Shown here in pieces: positions 1 to 9,750 of a DNA stretch of 64,000 nucleotides (the stretch's first letter is position 1; every line of letters starts with the position of its first letter). A model generated the notes under the pieces. That model saw only the letters and a program-made list of their open reading frames with translations, made no database searches and was not told where the DNA came from. This DNA comes from Flavobacteriaceae bacterium (lineage in GTDB: Bacteria > Bacteroidota > Bacteroidia > Flavobacteriales > Flavobacteriaceae), in contig CBFHWU010000002.1 in NCBI GenBank assembly GCA_965659665.1, forward strand, positions 12,336 to 76,335, written 5' to 3'. The position numbers and the translations under genes were made by a program.

Positions 1-740
1 GCAATACTACTCAGTCCATAAGCAATGCTTTTTTCTATTTTGCCACGCCCCATTTGTGCAGCAACCACATTGTATTTTAAATCTGAGAATGATAATGAAG
101 CTGTAGTTTGAGTTCTGTCGATAGGAAAAGAACTTCCATAACCTGCAGCACTTCCCAATGGGTTTTGATCACAAATAGTATGAGCAGCGTTTAAAATATT
201 CAAATCATCAATTAAGCTTTCGGCATAGGCCGAAAACCATAACCCGAATGAGGACGGCATGGCAATCTGAAGATGTGTATATCCGGGGAGTAAAACATTT
301 TGATATTGATCAGCCAGTTTTATCCAAATATCAAACACAGATTTTGTAAGGATTTTAATATGTTTTATTTCATCTTTAAAATACAGTTGAAGGGCAACCA
401 ACACCTGATCGTTACGTGATCGAGCGGTATGTATTTTTTTTCCTACGTCCCCTAATTTTTGAATTAATTCAAATTCAATTTTTGAATGGATATCTTCAAA
501 ATGATTTTCAATAACAAAGGTTCCTCTTTTGACCTCTTCTAGTAAATGATTGATTCCTTGTTCCAGTTGTTGTACTTCTTTTGAGGATAATAAGCCTACT
601 TTCCCAAGCATTTGTGCGTGAGCAAGGGATGCGTTCAGGTCATAAGGGGCTAATCGAAGATCCCAAAATCGATCATCTCCTACGGTAAATCGATCAATAT
701 TTTCATGAACACTGATGTGTTTTTTTTGCCAAAGTTTCAT
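1..740 (-). CDS. argH: argininosuccinate lyase, N-terminal part only (3' end lies beyond the left window edge)
   Basis: Own minus-strand translation from the ATG at 740 gives MKLWQKKHISVHENIDRFTVGDDRFWDLRLAPYDLNASLAHAQMLGK. The lyase-family motif TARSRNDQV lies near 400-430. The start overlaps the upstream stop (ATGA at 737-740). It is the last gene of the arg cluster. Confidence 0.85.
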   Translation of the reverse strand, partial: MKLWQKKHISVHENIDRFTVGDDRFWDLRLAPYDLNASLAHAQMLGKVGLLSSKEVQQLEQGINHLLEEVKRGTFVIENHFEDIHSKIEFELIQKLGDVGKKIHTARSRNDQVLVALQLYFKDEIKHIKILTKSVFDIWIKLADQYQNVLLPGYTHLQIAMPSSFGLWFSAYAESLIDDLNILNAAHTICDQNPLGSAAGYGSSFPIDRTQTTASLSFSDLKYNVVAAQMGRGKIEKSIAYGLSSI

Positions 741-1789
741 AATACTTTTTCTAAAAGTTGAATATACAATTTTACAGCTTCTTCTATTTCATGAATATAA
801 ATAAATTCATCCGCAGAATGAGAACGCTTTGAATGACCAGGCCCAAGTTTTAACGAAGGACATGAAAGGATCGCTTGGTCGGATAAGGTAGGTGATCCAT
901 AGGTATTTCGTTGAAGGGTAATACCTGATTGTACTAAGGGGTGATTTTTACTTATGGAAGAGGAATTTAATTTTAAGGAGCGCGGCCTCACTTCACATGG
1001 TGCTTTTGATATAATTTCAGCAATTTCGTTATTGGTGTAAAGGTCATTAACACGAACATCTAAAACAAGCTTTACTTCTGCAGGTACGACATTGTGTTGT
1101 TGTCCTCCTTCAATTTGAGTAATGGTAAGTTTTACTGCTCCTAGGGATTCAGAAACTCTGTCAAATTTCAGGTTTTGGAACCAATTGATGACATCAATGG
1201 ATTTGATGATTGGATTGTCATTATTGGGATGTGCTGCATGACCTGCTTTTCCTTTAATCACGGCATCAAAAACAACCAAACCTTTTTCGGCGATAGCCAG
1301 TTGCATTTGAGTGGGTTCTCCTACAATTGCCACATCCAATTTTGGTAAATATGGTAAAAGACTATTCAGTCCATTTTGCCCAGAGTTTTCTTCTTCAGCT
1401 GTCGCCGCTATGATAAGGTTATATGCTAAATCTGAATGATGATAATAATGGGTAAATAAAGCAAGTAATGATACCAGGGCCCCTCCTGCATCATTACTCC
1501 CTAATCCGTAAAGTTGGCCATTTTCAATTTCTGCTTTAAATGGATTTCGAGTAAAGGCTTTGTTAGGACGAACGGTGTCATGATGAGAGTTTAACAATAA
1601 ATAGGGCTTATTCGGGGTGTGATGTTTACTAAAGGCATATATATTGTTTCCTTTTCGTTTCCATGGAATTTGATGATCATCAAACCATTTGATAATGCGC
1701 AATGCAGTTTGGTCTTCTTGACCTGAAAAAGATTCTATTTCAATTAAATCACCTAATAAGAAAATTGCTTTTTGAGTCAACGTTTTCAT
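737..1789 (-). CDS. argE: M20-family deacylase (acetylornithine deacetylase / succinyl-ornithine desuccinylase type)
   Basis: 350-aa ORF with an M20 peptidase pattern (NSHHDTV, GLGSNDAGG, EEE, GEPT). It sits in the arg operon and is translationally coupled on both sides. Confidence 0.8.
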   Translation of the reverse strand: MKTLTQKAIFLLGDLIEIESFSGQEDQTALRIIKWFDDHQIPWKRKGNNIYAFSKHHTPNKPYLLLNSHHDTVRPNKAFTRNPFKAEIENGQLYGLGSNDAGGALVSLLALFTHYYHHSDLAYNLIIAATAEEENSGQNGLNSLLPYLPKLDVAIVGEPTQMQLAIAEKGLVVFDAVIKGKAGHAAHPNNDNPIIKSIDVINWFQNLKFDRVSESLGAVKLTITQIEGGQQHNVVPAEVKLVLDVRVNDLYTNNEIAEIISKAPCEVRPRSLKLNSSSISKNHPLVQSGITLQRNTYGSPTLSDQAILSCPSLKLGPGHSKRSHSADEFIYIHEIEEAVKLYIQLLEKVL

Positions 1790-1790
1790 T

Positions 1791-2567
1791 TTACAAACTT
1801 AAAATAGTTCTTACATATTGTGGATTTGTTATCATTTCTGGTGATCCAATATGTACTTGATCAACTCCGCGTTTGAGTGCATTAAAAGCATGGTGGAGCT
1901 TAGGCAACATCCCTTCTGAAATGATTTTATTTTCATTTAAAGTTCTTAAAACTTCGGAATTGATGTGCTCAATGACAGAATCGTCATTTTCTGGGGACTC
2001 TAAAACCCCCTTTTTTTCAAAACAATATGACAACAGTACTTCGTGGTCTTTTGAAGCTTCAATAGCTATTTCAGAAGCTACTGTATCGGCATTGGTATTG
2101 AGTAATTGACCATTTTTATCATGGCTTATGGCACAACAAACAATCGTGATATTAGCCGTTATAAGATAATTAATCAATGACCTGTTGATATGAACAACAT
2201 CACCTGCAAACCCATAATCAATTTCTTTTACTGGTCTTTTTACCGCTTGAATTAGATTTCCATCAGCTCCGCTCATCCCTAAAGCTTGAACATTGAGTGC
2301 TTGAAGCTGGGCGACTATGTTTTTGTTTATAAGTCCAGCATATACCATGGTGGCTACTTCTAAAGTATTTTGGTCTGTAATTCGGCGTCCTTGGTGCATT
2401 TTTGATGAAACATCTAATTTAGTAGCAATTTCAGTAGCTTTTTTACCTCCTCCGTGAACCAATATTTTGGGTTCATTTAAAGCAGCAAAATATGAAAGTA
2501 CTTTATTAAGCTGATGAGTATCTTCGATCAAATTTCCTCCGATCTTAATCACGTGAAGTTTAGACAT
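1791..2567 (-). CDS. argB: acetylglutamate kinase
   Basis: 258-aa ORF with the amino-acid kinase fold N-terminus (VIKIGGN, VHGGG) in arg operon context. Confidence 0.88.
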   Translation of the reverse strand: MSKLHVIKIGGNLIEDTHQLNKVLSYFAALNEPKILVHGGGKKATEIATKLDVSSKMHQGRRITDQNTLEVATMVYAGLINKNIVAQLQALNVQALGMSGADGNLIQAVKRPVKEIDYGFAGDVVHINRSLINYLITANITIVCCAISHDKNGQLLNTNADTVASEIAIEASKDHEVLLSYCFEKKGVLESPENDDSVIEHINSEVLRTLNENKIISEGMLPKLHHAFNALKRGVDQVHIGSPEMITNPQYVRTILSL

Positions 2568-3507
2568 GATCTAATATTTTTTTTAAAACTGCCTGCGCTG
2601 CAAATGTTCGATTATTTGCTTGTGCAATAACTAACGAATGTGGACTATCTAAAACTTCATCATCGACAACAACATTTCTCCTAACAGGGAGGCAGTGCAT
2701 AAATTTAGCTTCATTAGTAAGTCGCATTTTGTTGGCGGTGACCATCCAAGTGTTGTCTGATCTTAAGACTTTCCCATAGTTCTCGTATGAACACCAATTT
2801 TTGGCATAAACTACATCAGCATATTGAAAAGCTTCCTCTTGATTGTGATAAACTTTCACATTTTTTACAATGTCAGGATTTAACGCATATTCTCTGGGGT
2901 GGGTAATAACAAACTCGGCTTCTTGTTGTTCCATCATTCGAATAAATGAATTGGCAACAGCGTGAGGAAGGGCTTTTGGATGAGGTGCCCAAGTCAAAAC
3001 TACTTTTGGTTTTTTTTTGATAATATGCTCTTTCAAGGTTAACGCATCAGCCAGCGCTTGCAATGGATGAGCTGTGGCACTTTCCATATTTACTACAGGA
3101 ATGTCAGCGTACTTCTTAAAACGTTCTAGTACTTGCTCGTTTTCGTCTTTGAATTTATCTGTTAGACTCGCAAAGGCACGAATTCCAATAATATCACAAT
3201 ATTGAGAAACCACTTGTGCAGCCTCTTTTATATGTTCAGATCGCAAACCACTCATGATGGTTCCGTCTTCGTATTCTATCGCCCATGCTTCGTTACTAAA
3301 GTTCATGATCATTACCTCCAAGCCTAATAATTTAGCAGCTTTTTGAGTACTTAAACGAGTGCGAAGACTGGGATTAAAAAATAATAATCCGATTGTTTTA
3401 TGTTTTCCCAAAGATTCAAATTGAAGGGGATTTGATTTTAATGAAGAGGCTAGTTCTACCATATTTGGAACAGAATTAACATCGTTAAGGCTCATAAAAT
3501 GTTTCAT
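2560..3507 (-). CDS. argF: N-acyl-ornithine carbamoyltransferase (ArgF' type, acetyl- or succinyl-ornithine specific)
   Basis: 315-aa ORF with the transcarbamylase motifs SLRTR and HCLP. It has the short ArgF'-like architecture typical of Bacteroidetes arg operons. Confidence 0.8.
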   Translation of the reverse strand: MKHFMSLNDVNSVPNMVELASSLKSNPLQFESLGKHKTIGLLFFNPSLRTRLSTQKAAKLLGLEVMIMNFSNEAWAIEYEDGTIMSGLRSEHIKEAAQVVSQYCDIIGIRAFASLTDKFKDENEQVLERFKKYADIPVVNMESATAHPLQALADALTLKEHIIKKKPKVVLTWAPHPKALPHAVANSFIRMMEQQEAEFVITHPREYALNPDIVKNVKVYHNQEEAFQYADVVYAKNWCSYENYGKVLRSDNTWMVTANKMRLTNEAKFMHCLPVRRNVVVDDEVLDSPHSLVIAQANNRTFAAQAVLKKILDHV

Positions 3508-4631
3508 GATAATGTTTGTTGTAAGGCATTGAAAAATTGGTCAATATGTTTTTTTTGTACGGTCAGTGGGGGTAGAATACGCAGCAGGTTTTTATTACTA
3601 CTTCCCCCTGTAAAAATGCGATGTTCGTAAATAAGTTTTTTGCGAAGTTCACTTACTTCATATTCAAATTCTAGGCCAAGCATCAAACCACGTCCCTTGA
3701 TGTGCTTGACTGCTGAAATTTCTTCAGCTTTTCGTACAAAATAATCACCCATATGGGATGCATGTTGCTGCAATTTTTTCTTTTTTAATACTTCTAAAAC
3801 AGCTAACGAAGCACTACAACCTAAATGATTGCCTCCAAAAGTTGTTCCTAGCATACCATACTTGGGTTTGATATCGGATCGAATTAATATACCTCCTATT
3901 GGAAATCCATTTCCCATCCCTTTAGCTATTGAAATAATTGATGGGGTGATGGGATAATGTTGATAAGCAAAAAATGTTCCTGTTCGTCCAAAGCCTGATT
4001 GTACTTCATCGGCAATCAATAGAGCACCATAGCGTTCACATAATTTTTCCATGGTTATCACAAAATCGTGATTAGGAGTATCTAATCCGCCCACTCCCTG
4101 AATAGGTTCAAATATGACCGCGCATACGTCCCCTTGTTGAAGTTCCTTCTCTAACAAAACATCATTATCAAAAGGAAGGAAAGTGACTTTTTGTTGTAAA
4201 TTTAAAGGAGCATTTATTTTTTTATTATCTGTTGCAGCCACAGCAGCACTGGTTCTTCCATGGAAGGCATTTTTAAAAGCAATTATTCTAGAGTTACCTG
4301 TTTGAAAAGAAGCAACTTTAAGTGCATTTTCGTTAGCCTCAGCACCCGAACTACACAAAAATAATTGAAAACCTTTACAACATGACTGGCGTTCAATTTC
4401 GTCGGCTAATTGTTGTTGAAGCGGATTATGAATGGCATTAGAATAAAACCCAATTTTATTGAGTTGACGTCTGATTTTTTTGACATAAGTGGGGTGTTTA
4501 TGTCCAATAGATATCACGGCATGTCCTCCGTACAAATCTAAATACTTTTTTCCATTTTCATCAAAAACATACACGTCTTTAGCGTTTATTGGGGTAACAT
4601 CATAAAGTGGATACACATCAAATAAAGGCAT
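3504..4631 (-). CDS. argD: acetylornithine (acyl-ornithine) aminotransferase, class III PLP enzyme
   Basis: 375-aa ORF with a class-III aminotransferase pattern (GGHAVISIGH, ADEVQSGFGRTG). It overlaps the argF' start by 4 nt. Confidence 0.88.
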   Translation of the reverse strand: MPLFDVYPLYDVTPINAKDVYVFDENGKKYLDLYGGHAVISIGHKHPTYVKKIRRQLNKIGFYSNAIHNPLQQQLADEIERQSCCKGFQLFLCSSGAEANENALKVASFQTGNSRIIAFKNAFHGRTSAAVAATDNKKINAPLNLQQKVTFLPFDNDVLLEKELQQGDVCAVIFEPIQGVGGLDTPNHDFVITMEKLCERYGALLIADEVQSGFGRTGTFFAYQHYPITPSIISIAKGMGNGFPIGGILIRSDIKPKYGMLGTTFGGNHLGCSASLAVLEVLKKKKLQQHASHMGDYFVRKAEEISAVKHIKGRGLMLGLEFEYEVSELRKKLIYEHRIFTGGSSNKNLLRILPPLTVQKKHIDQFFNALQQTLS

Positions 4632-4633
4632 GA

Positions 4634-5428
4634 TTAATTTTTTGAGATGATATTAATTTTATTGTAGGAGGCAACGATTCCTTTGATTAAAGAGGAACTT
4701 AATCCTTGATGTTCCATTTCATTCAGGCCTTCAATTGTGCATCCTTTAGGAGTGGTCACTTTGTCGATTTCTTGTTCAGGATGTGAGTCTGTTTCGATAA
4801 GTAAGGAAGCAGCTCCCAAAGCAGTGTACATCGACATCTTCATCGCATCATTGGCATCAAATCCAAGTTGTACTCCTCCCTGGGTTGTGGCGCGTATTAA
4901 ACGCATCCAAAAAGCGATTCCAGAAGCACATATTACAGTGGCTGCTCGCATTAGGCTTTCTTCAATGATGATACTTGTTCCTAAGCTGTTAAATATGGCT
5001 TCAGCCAAATCAAGCCGACCCTCACCTTTTGTATTGGCACACAAGCAGGTCATGGATTTACCAACCGAAATGGCAGTGTTGGGCATACTTCTAATCAAAT
5101 GAACAGTTGTTCCAACAATTGATTCCATTCGTGAAATACTAAATCCAGTTACTGTTGAAATTAATACATGCTTTTCATTGAGTAAATCTTTAAAAGAGCT
5201 TAGTAAGTCTTCTAATTGAGAAGGTTGAACAGCACAAATAAGAATATCTGAAGAAGCTACAGCTTTTCGGTTATCGTCCATGACTTGAGTATTGCTGTAC
5301 TCTTTCCAACTCGCAATCGAATCTTTGTTTCTTCTTGTTAAAATTAATTGCGTGATGGTATTGTTTGTAATGAGGCCTTTTGCAATGCTAAGGCCTAAAT
5401 TTCCTGCTCCTAAAATGGCTATTTTCAT
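4634..5428 (-). CDS. proC: pyrroline-5-carboxylate reductase
   Basis: 264-aa ORF with an N-terminal Rossmann motif (IAILGAGNLG) and a P5CR-like C-terminal dimerisation region. It is embedded in the arg operon. Confidence 0.8.
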   Translation of the reverse strand: MKIAILGAGNLGLSIAKGLITNNTITQLILTRRNKDSIASWKEYSNTQVMDDNRKAVASSDILICAVQPSQLEDLLSSFKDLLNEKHVLISTVTGFSISRMESIVGTTVHLIRSMPNTAISVGKSMTCLCANTKGEGRLDLAEAIFNSLGTSIIIEESLMRAATVICASGIAFWMRLIRATTQGGVQLGFDANDAMKMSMYTALGAASLLIETDSHPEQEIDKVTTPKGCTIEGLNEMEHQGLSSSLIKGIVASYNKINIISKN

Positions 5429-5432
5429 GACT

Positions 5433-6419
5433 TTAAAATAAATTTGCTTTAAGCTTTAACCCAGTATTTTGATCGAACCCGAACATCAAGTTCATGTTTT
5501 CAACTGCCTGACCAGAGGCACCTTTTAATAAGTTGTCAATAATACTTGTGACTAATAATTGATTTTTGTGTTGGTGTATATGCAACACACAATTGTTGGT
5601 GTTGACCACTTGTTTTAAAAAAATCTCATTTTTTGACACAAAAGTGAAGGGACTTGTTTGATAAAAATGAGTATACATTTGATAAGCGTCTTCTAATGAT
5701 CCTTCATATTCGGTGTATGAAGTAGCAAAAATTCCTCTTGAAAAATTTCCTCGTATTGGCATAAAGTTTAACTCTATTTCAGAGCCTTGCAACGATTCTA
5801 ATGTTTCTCCAATTTCTCCGAGGTGTTGGTGGGTAAAAGGTTTGTACCACGAAACATTGTTATTTCTCCAACTAAAGTGTGAGGTAGCCGAAGGCTTTAT
5901 ACCCGCACCTGTACTCCCCGTTATGGCATTGATATGAACGGAGTTTTTAAGTTGATTATTTGAAGCTAAAGGAAGTAAAGCCAATTGAATTGCTGTGGCA
6001 AAACAACCTGGGTTGGCAATTGCCTGGGCAGATTTAATAGCTAATTTTTGATATTCAGGCAATCCATAAACAAATGATTTACCCATGTAGATATGATCGG
6101 AATTAAGCCTAAAATCAGTACTAAGATCAATGATTTTTGTATTATCGTTAAAAACATTTTCATGTAAAAACGTCCCAGAATTTCCATGCCCTAAACACAA
6201 AAAAAGGACGTCAATATCAGGATTTATTTCTTGGGTAAAAATCATGTCAGATTTTCCTAATAAATCAGGATGAGAACGGTATAATTTTTCAGTTGCCTGT
6301 GTGGTACTATACACAAAATCAAGGGTAACGTTCGGATGATCAAGCAATAATCGAAGTAATTCACCACCTGTATATCCAGATCCTCCGATTACTCCAACCG
6401 AAATTTTATTTGTTGACAT
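5433..6419 (-). CDS. argC: N-acetyl-gamma-glutamyl-phosphate reductase
   Basis: 328-aa ORF with VGVIGGSGYTGGEL and the catalytic-Cys motif NPGCFATA. Confidence 0.9.
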   Translation of the reverse strand: MSTNKISVGVIGGSGYTGGELLRLLLDHPNVTLDFVYSTTQATEKLYRSHPDLLGKSDMIFTQEINPDIDVLFLCLGHGNSGTFLHENVFNDNTKIIDLSTDFRLNSDHIYMGKSFVYGLPEYQKLAIKSAQAIANPGCFATAIQLALLPLASNNQLKNSVHINAITGSTGAGIKPSATSHFSWRNNNVSWYKPFTHQHLGEIGETLESLQGSEIELNFMPIRGNFSRGIFATSYTEYEGSLEDAYQMYTHFYQTSPFTFVSKNEIFLKQVVNTNNCVLHIHQHKNQLLVTSIIDNLLKGASGQAVENMNLMFGFDQNTGLKLKANLF

Positions 6420-7584
6420 GGTTGTAAATTTTAGTTGCGTTTGCAGTAATTTTTATAAATCCTTTAGCTTCTTCAGCCGTCCAAGCATTGTTAATTTCTC
6501 CATAGGTTCCAAAACTGTTGTCCATTAAATCGTTCTCTGATTCAATCCCATCCAAGATAAATCGATAAGGTTTTAGTGTGACGAAAACAGTTCCGTTTAC
6601 CGTTCGTTGACTGCTGCTGAAAAATTGTTCAATATCACGCATAACAGGTTCAAGATATTGCCCTTCGTGGAGTTGCATCCCGTAAAAATTAGCCATATTT
6701 TCTTTTTGGAATTGTTGCCATTTGCTCAAAGTATGTTTTTCGAGCAGATGATGAGCTTTGATAATGAGTAATGCTGCAGCTGCTTCAAAGCCTATTCTTC
6801 CTTTAATTCCTATAATTGTATCACCAACATGTATGTCTCTTCCAATAGCATAAGAAGATGCAAGGTGTTCAAGTCGCTCAATAGCTTCAACAGGGGGAAA
6901 GAATTGTTTATTAAGACCAATTAATTCTCCTTTTTTGAAATGTAAACTTATTTTTTCTGTTTCGTTTTTGGTGGGCTGATTTGGATAGGCTTTTTCGGGA
7001 AGCGGGTAACGAGAGGTTAGTGTTTCACTGCCTCCAACACTGGTTCCCCACAAGCCTTTATTGATAGAATATTGTGCTTTTTCCCATGACCAACCAATGC
7101 CATGCGTCTGTAAAAATTCAATTTCTTCTTCTCTAGTAATTTTTTGATCCCGAATGGGGGTAATAATTTCTATCGTAGGAACCATGATTTGAAATATCAT
7201 ATCAAATCGAACTTGGTCATTTCCAGCTCCTGTGCTTCCATGAGCAATGGCATCAGCTTTATGTGTTTTAACATATTCTGCAATTGCTACTGCTTGTATG
7301 ATTCGTTCTGCGCTCACCGATAGGGGGTAGGTATTGTTTTTGAGCACATTGCCGTAAATAAGAAATTTTACGATTTGATCATAAAACTTTTGCACCGCAT
7401 TTATGGGAGTATATGAGGCTGCACCCAATGCCATTGCTCTATCTTTAAGAATTTGTGTTTCTTTGGCATCAAATCCTCCAGTGTTAACACTCACGGCATG
7501 TACTTCGTGCCCTTTTTGGGTTAATGATTTTATGCAATAAGAGGTATCTAACCCCCCGCTATAGGCTAATACTATTTTTTTCAT
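6406..7584 (-). CDS. argG: argininosuccinate synthase
   Basis: 392-aa ORF with the PP-loop AYSGGLDTS. It overlaps the argC start. Confidence 0.92.
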   Translation of the reverse strand: MKKIVLAYSGGLDTSYCIKSLTQKGHEVHAVSVNTGGFDAKETQILKDRAMALGAASYTPINAVQKFYDQIVKFLIYGNVLKNNTYPLSVSAERIIQAVAIAEYVKTHKADAIAHGSTGAGNDQVRFDMIFQIMVPTIEIITPIRDQKITREEEIEFLQTHGIGWSWEKAQYSINKGLWGTSVGGSETLTSRYPLPEKAYPNQPTKNETEKISLHFKKGELIGLNKQFFPPVEAIERLEHLASSYAIGRDIHVGDTIIGIKGRIGFEAAAALLIIKAHHLLEKHTLSKWQQFQKENMANFYGMQLHEGQYLEPVMRDIEQFFSSSQRTVNGTVFVTLKPYRFILDGIESENDLMDNSFGTYGEINNAWTAEEAKGFIKITANATKIYNHVNK

Positions 7585-8198
7585 GCTTCTTTATTTTTTA
7601 AAAACAAAGCTACTTTAATGTTTTTAAGTCGTTGAAGTACAGAATTATTATAAGGGATGGATGTACTATTTGTAGCTGCTTTTGGGTCGTGCAACATCCC
7701 CGTGCATAAGCACATTTTTTTTTCTGTTCGTGTCAGAATATCATAATTTTTACACGTTTGACATCCTTTCCAAAATTCGGGATCATCGGTAAGTTCAGAA
7801 AATGTAACGGGCTTGTACCCCAACGCATAGTTGATTTTCATCACTGCTAAGCCCGTTGTGATACCAAATATTTTGGCTTCAGGATATTTTTCTTTTGAAT
7901 AGGAAAAAATCTTATTCTTAATGGATTTGGCTAGACCTCTCCCTCGGTACTTAGGATCAACAATGAGACCTGAATGTGCCACATATTTATGATGCCCCCA
8001 TACTTCGATATAACAAAAACCCGCAAATAGTTCACCATCTAAGGCAATAATTGCGTTTTTATTTTCCATTTTTTTAGTGATGTATTCAGGTGTTCGACGA
8101 GCTATTCCCGTCCCTCGTATTTTGGCAGAGGAAGAGATGGTATCAGATATAATTCTCGCATATCTAACGTGAGAACGATTGGCTATGACAATTTGCAT
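7581..8198 (-). CDS. GNAT-family acyltransferase, first gene of the arg operon (candidate N-acyl-glutamate synthase)
   Basis: 205-aa ORF with a GNAT core (RGRGLAKSI). Its 4-nt overlap with the argG start implies co-translation. The functional assignment is by operon position only. Confidence 0.65.
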   Translation of the reverse strand: MQIVIANRSHVRYARIISDTISSSAKIRGTGIARRTPEYITKKMENKNAIIALDGELFAGFCYIEVWGHHKYVAHSGLIVDPKYRGRGLAKSIKNKIFSYSKEKYPEAKIFGITTGLAVMKINYALGYKPVTFSELTDDPEFWKGCQTCKNYDILTRTEKKMCLCTGMLHDPKAATNSTSIPYNNSVLQRLKNIKVALFLKNKEA

Positions 8199-8437
8199 AG
8201 ACTTTTAAATTAAATTAAAGTAAAATTAAAACGGATTTTTCGAAATCGGACTCACCTTGATCTCCTTACATAATGACACACCCCAAGGGGCGGCGTGTGT
8301 TGACAGAAAAAATATATATGACTGCATGTAACATGTCGCAAATATCTATAAAAAAAAATAATTATTTGGTTTTATACCTCAAAGTATTCACTATTTTTGT
8401 TATATATCAAACACTTATCATATTGTTAAAGCGCTTT

Positions 8438-9727
8438 GTGAAAAAATTTCCCCTTACAAATACTGCTCATTTTTCGAGTCAACTATTGTGCTGGGTTAAA
8501 AAATTTGAAGTCCATTTGTGGTTAGATTCTAATCAATATCAGCATAAACATAGCACTTATGGAAGCATATTGGCCGCTGACCCTATGAGTGAAATCTCGT
8601 CTCCATCAACAGGTTCATTTGATATTTTAGAAAGGTATATTAAGTTAAAAAAAGATTGGTTGTTTGGGTACTTGAGTTACGATTTAAAAAATGATCTCGA
8701 AAACTTAGATTCCTCTAATGCTGATTCATTGAAGTTGCCTGAGATGTATTTTTTTCAACCCAAAAAAATATGGATTATTGAAAGTAATTGTGCCAGTGCT
8801 CATTATACGAATCAAGAAGATATTGAAAATGATTGGTTGGAAATTCAAAACACCCAACCTATTTCAGAGACTTCAACTTCATTAGAGTTGAAACCAAAAT
8901 TCACCAAACAAGAATATTTAGATGCTGCACAGCAATTAATTCAGCATATTCACCGAGGGGATATTTATGAAGTGAATTTTTGTATGGAATGGTTCGCTGA
9001 ACAATGTAAAATAGTCCCTTTATCGGTATACCAACAACTTAATAAAATATCTAAAACACCTTTTGCTGCTTATTTCAAAAAACGTGAGCATTATCTTATT
9101 TGTGCGTCTCCTGAGCGTTTTTTAAAAAAAACAAACACTCGTTTGATTTCTCAACCCATTAAAGGAACAGCAAAGAGAGACCCGGATGATGTCCTGGACA
9201 AATCGTATGCTTTTCAATTGGTCAATAATAATAAAGAAAGAGCTGAAAATATTATGATTACTGATTTGGTTCGAAACGATTTGTCTCGTGTAGCTAAAAA
9301 GAGAACAGTACAAGTTTCAGAACTGTGTCATGTGTATCCGTTTGAGCAGGTACATCAAATGATCACGACTATTGAAGCAGAGCTTGACTCCTCATTTGAT
9401 GGGCTGGATGCCATCAAAGCTTGTTTTCCTATGGGTAGCATGACGGGCGCACCAAAAATTAAAGCGATGAAACTCATAGAAAACTATGAACAAAGCAAAA
9501 GAGGATTGTACAGTGGCTCGGTAGGTTATTTTACGCCTAAAGGAGATTTTGATTTTAATGTGGTAATTAGAAGTATGATTTATAACGCAAAAAAAGAATA
9601 TCTTTCCATTCAAGTTGGAAGTGCATTGACAGCTGCTGCAAATCCAATTGATGAATTTCAAGAATGCCAACTAAAAGTAAAAGCTCTGAAAGAAGTACTC
9701 CGCTATCCGGCTCTAACTAAGGCCTAA
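8438..9727 (+). CDS. pabB: aminodeoxychorismate synthase component I (chorismate-binding enzyme)
   Basis: Chorismate-binding family pattern (GDIYEVNFC, PERF, GTAKR, PMGSMTGAPK). The ORF is open from 8273, but residues encoded before about 8438 are AT-rich hydrophobic junk. I prefer the in-frame GTG at 8438 (VKKFPLTNTAHFSSQLL). ATG 8333 and ATG 8273 remain possible. Confidence 0.75.
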   Translation: MKKFPLTNTAHFSSQLLCWVKKFEVHLWLDSNQYQHKHSTYGSILAADPMSEISSPSTGSFDILERYIKLKKDWLFGYLSYDLKNDLENLDSSNADSLKLPEMYFFQPKKIWIIESNCASAHYTNQEDIENDWLEIQNTQPISETSTSLELKPKFTKQEYLDAAQQLIQHIHRGDIYEVNFCMEWFAEQCKIVPLSVYQQLNKISKTPFAAYFKKREHYLICASPERFLKKTNTRLISQPIKGTAKRDPDDVLDKSYAFQLVNNNKERAENIMITDLVRNDLSRVAKKRTVQVSELCHVYPFEQVHQMITTIEAELDSSFDGLDAIKACFPMGSMTGAPKIKAMKLIENYEQSKRGLYSGSVGYFTPKGDFDFNVVIRSMIYNAKKEYLSIQVGSALTAAANPIDEFQECQLKVKALKEVLRYPALTKA

Positions 9728-9750
9728 AAAATTAGTTTTAAATTTAGAAA

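Noticed and set aside
1873-2109. Short ORFs on the strand opposite to well-supported genes. Examples are 1873-2109, 4737-5102, 5713-5937, 9122-9313, 9392-9670, 11142-11393, 19176-19481, 19788-20150, 39268-39462, 40120-40329, 43934-44140 and 56800-57093.
   Set aside because: Each lies entirely inside a gene with clear family motifs on the other strand. They have low-complexity or Cys/Ser/Phe-rich composition typical of antisense frames in AT-rich DNA, and I recognised no motif in any of them.
8273-8437. 55-codon N-terminal extension of pabB.
   Set aside because: The encoded sequence (…NNYLVLYLKVFTIFVIYQTLIILLKRF) is AT-rich promoter-like DNA shared with the divergent arg operon. Family-typical sequence starts right after the GTG at 8438.
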